Shown here: piece by piece, positions 62,748 to 64,000 of the stretch
Layout: each line of letters starts with the position of its first letter
How positions within the stretch are numbered: the stretch's first letter is position 1
DNA from: Psammoneis japonica
Taxonomy: Eukaryota
NCBI GenBank assembly: GCA_008632985.1
Contig: QPGO01000021.1
Span: 496,001 to 560,000, forward strand
Length of the DNA stretch: 64,000 nt
Direction of reading: 5' to 3'
Position numbers and translations under genes: made by a program
The notes under the pieces: model-generated
What the model was told of the DNA's origin: nothing
The model's input: only the letters and a program-made list of their open reading frames with translations
Database searches by the model: none

Positions 62748-64000
62748 CTACCTGTTTTGTCCGGCACCTCTTCCCCGACGGTTTTGCTGCAGGGTGTTTG
62801 CCAACTGCGACCTCAGATTACTCATCAGGTTCGGATTCACTCTCGAATTATTCTGCTGCGGCCTGTTGAAGGAGTACCCGGTTGGGCGGTGTGGTTGCTG
62901 AGGTTGGCCTGCAAACTGAGGCCGATTCTGCTGACTCGGTGGCGGGGGAGGTGGTGGAGGCGGAGGACGCTGCTGATTCTGATAACCTCCGCCTCCATAG
63001 CCCTGACGTTGTTGGTGAATATAGCCTGGCTGCCCAGACCCGTACCCACCAGTTCCGTGGTTCTGCTGCCAAACGTTTCCTTGTTGCTGCTGCTGTTGTT
63101 GGTAGGCAGGTGGACCACGCTGGTTGCCATTATGGCTCTGCTGCCAGGGTGGTCGATTCGAACCATAGCTTTGTGGAATGCCTTGCACAGAGTGAGACTG
63201 CGCAAATGGATTTGGCTGGTAAGGCGGTTGCTGATATCCGCCAGCTCCTTGGTTTTGCCTCTGTCTTTTCGGCATGGGCTCCATCGACCCCCAAGTTCTA
63301 TTCCCGGTTTGATACATTTGAGCTCCACGACCGGTCCGATTTGCCAAGTCACGTTCTTGTGCACTTATATTCATGCTACCGTAGCCAGATTGATAAGATG
63401 CTCCACTTCCAGTTGGTGCGCCTCCCATGTTGGCAATAGTGGCCCCTCCTCTATTTAATCGCGGACGTCGAATCACTAGGTCTTGTTGAGTTAGCTTGGG
63501 AGGAGCCGGAGTCGCTCCGGGAAGCAATATGCTTTTGTGCGATAGCTTGGCTGGTTCTGTGAATGAAACGCAAACGGCGCAGTTTGGTTCAATTGGGTCC
63601 GAGAATAAGTTGTCGTGGCTAGCGCGATCAATCCTGTCAGAAGTGGCGGGAGGGTTAATAACTGTGTTCTCATCCCAATCATAAATTTCGTTGCTGAGAG
63701 GAAGTCGGATGGAGCCAGAGAATCCGATAGTGGAGGTATCAGTCAGCCTAGACTTGCTTGTCTTGGCCTGCTCCTTCTTGTCAGATTCATACAGCGTTGT
63801 CAACTTTGACGCCAACGGGTTGGAAAAATGGACATACAGGTAACCATCGTCGAGACCACGGGCATTGCAAAGTAGCTCCTTCTTGCTCCATTTCGCCATG
63901 GTCGGTTTCATCGCTGCTAAAAGCCGCTCTTCGTCAATAAAAGGCAAGAGCACGACCCATAACCATGGCATGGCCTTGCCGTTGGGATCGCATGGCACCT
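62748..64000 (-). CDS. XRN2: 5'-3' exoribonuclease XRN2/Rat1, 3' portion (continues beyond the window)
   Basis: DPNGKAMPWLWVVLLPFIDEERLL is the conserved XRN motif. Low-complexity Q/G/P tail follows. Confidence 0.8.
   Translation of the reverse strand, partial: VPCDPNGKAMPWLWVVLLPFIDEERLLAAMKPTMAKWSKKELLCNARGLDDGYLYVHFSNPLASKLTTLYESDKKEQAKTSKSRLTDTSTIGFSGSIRLPLSNEIYDWDENTVINPPATSDRIDRASHDNLFSDPIEPNCAVCVSFTEPAKLSHKSILLPGATPAPPKLTQQDLVIRRPRLNRGGATIANMGGAPTGSGASYQSGYGSMNISAQERDLANRTGRGAQMYQTGNRTWGSMEPMPKRQRQNQGAGGYQQPPYQPNPFAQSHSVQGIPQSYGSNRPPWQQSHNGNQRGPPAYQQQQQQQGNVWQQNHGTGGYGSGQPGYIHQQRQGYGGGGYQNQQRPPPPPPPPPPSQQNRPQFAGQPQQPHRPTGYSFNRPQQNNSRVNPNLMSNLRSQLANTLQQNRRGRGAGQNR

Noticed and set aside
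1..64000. rRNA, tRNA or prokaryotic operon features
   Set aside because: None could be recognised by eye. A tRNAscan-SE or Infernal run would be needed to exclude small RNA genes.

Overview
Eukaryotic nuclear DNA, most likely from a diatom. The basis is short GT-AG introns, compact gene spacing and several bipartite plastid-targeting presequences with an ASAF/AAFAP-type motif. The window holds about 20 host genes: a cyclin, a Rab1-like GTPase, a carnitine acetyltransferase ending in SKL, a P1B heavy-metal ATPase, an EGF-domain membrane protein, a WWE-ankyrin-TIR/HET-like protein, an ARM/MYND protein, a UbiA prenyltransferase, a Ysc84/SYLF protein, an ApaG protein, two tandem subtilisins with Pro/Thr stalks, EME1 and the 3' end of XRN2. 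There are also two MITE-like elements and a 394-N assembly gap. The most striking signal is a set of sharply bounded blocks (about 1.87-3.78 kb, 12.83-14.45 kb and 25.2-36.4 kb) in which TpA is almost absent, CpG is variably depleted and TpG/CpA is abundant. This looks like a region-targeted TA->TG/CA hypermutation, the reverse direction of fungal RIP. The surviving TAs show a context bias, and TpA loss is at least partly uncoupled from CpG decay. Other observations are ten non-coding copies of the palindrome TACCGGTA and a promoter/first-exon duplication bracketing the large eroded block. Many genes carry single-base frameshifts, probably assembly indels. All counts were made by eye and no database searches were run.
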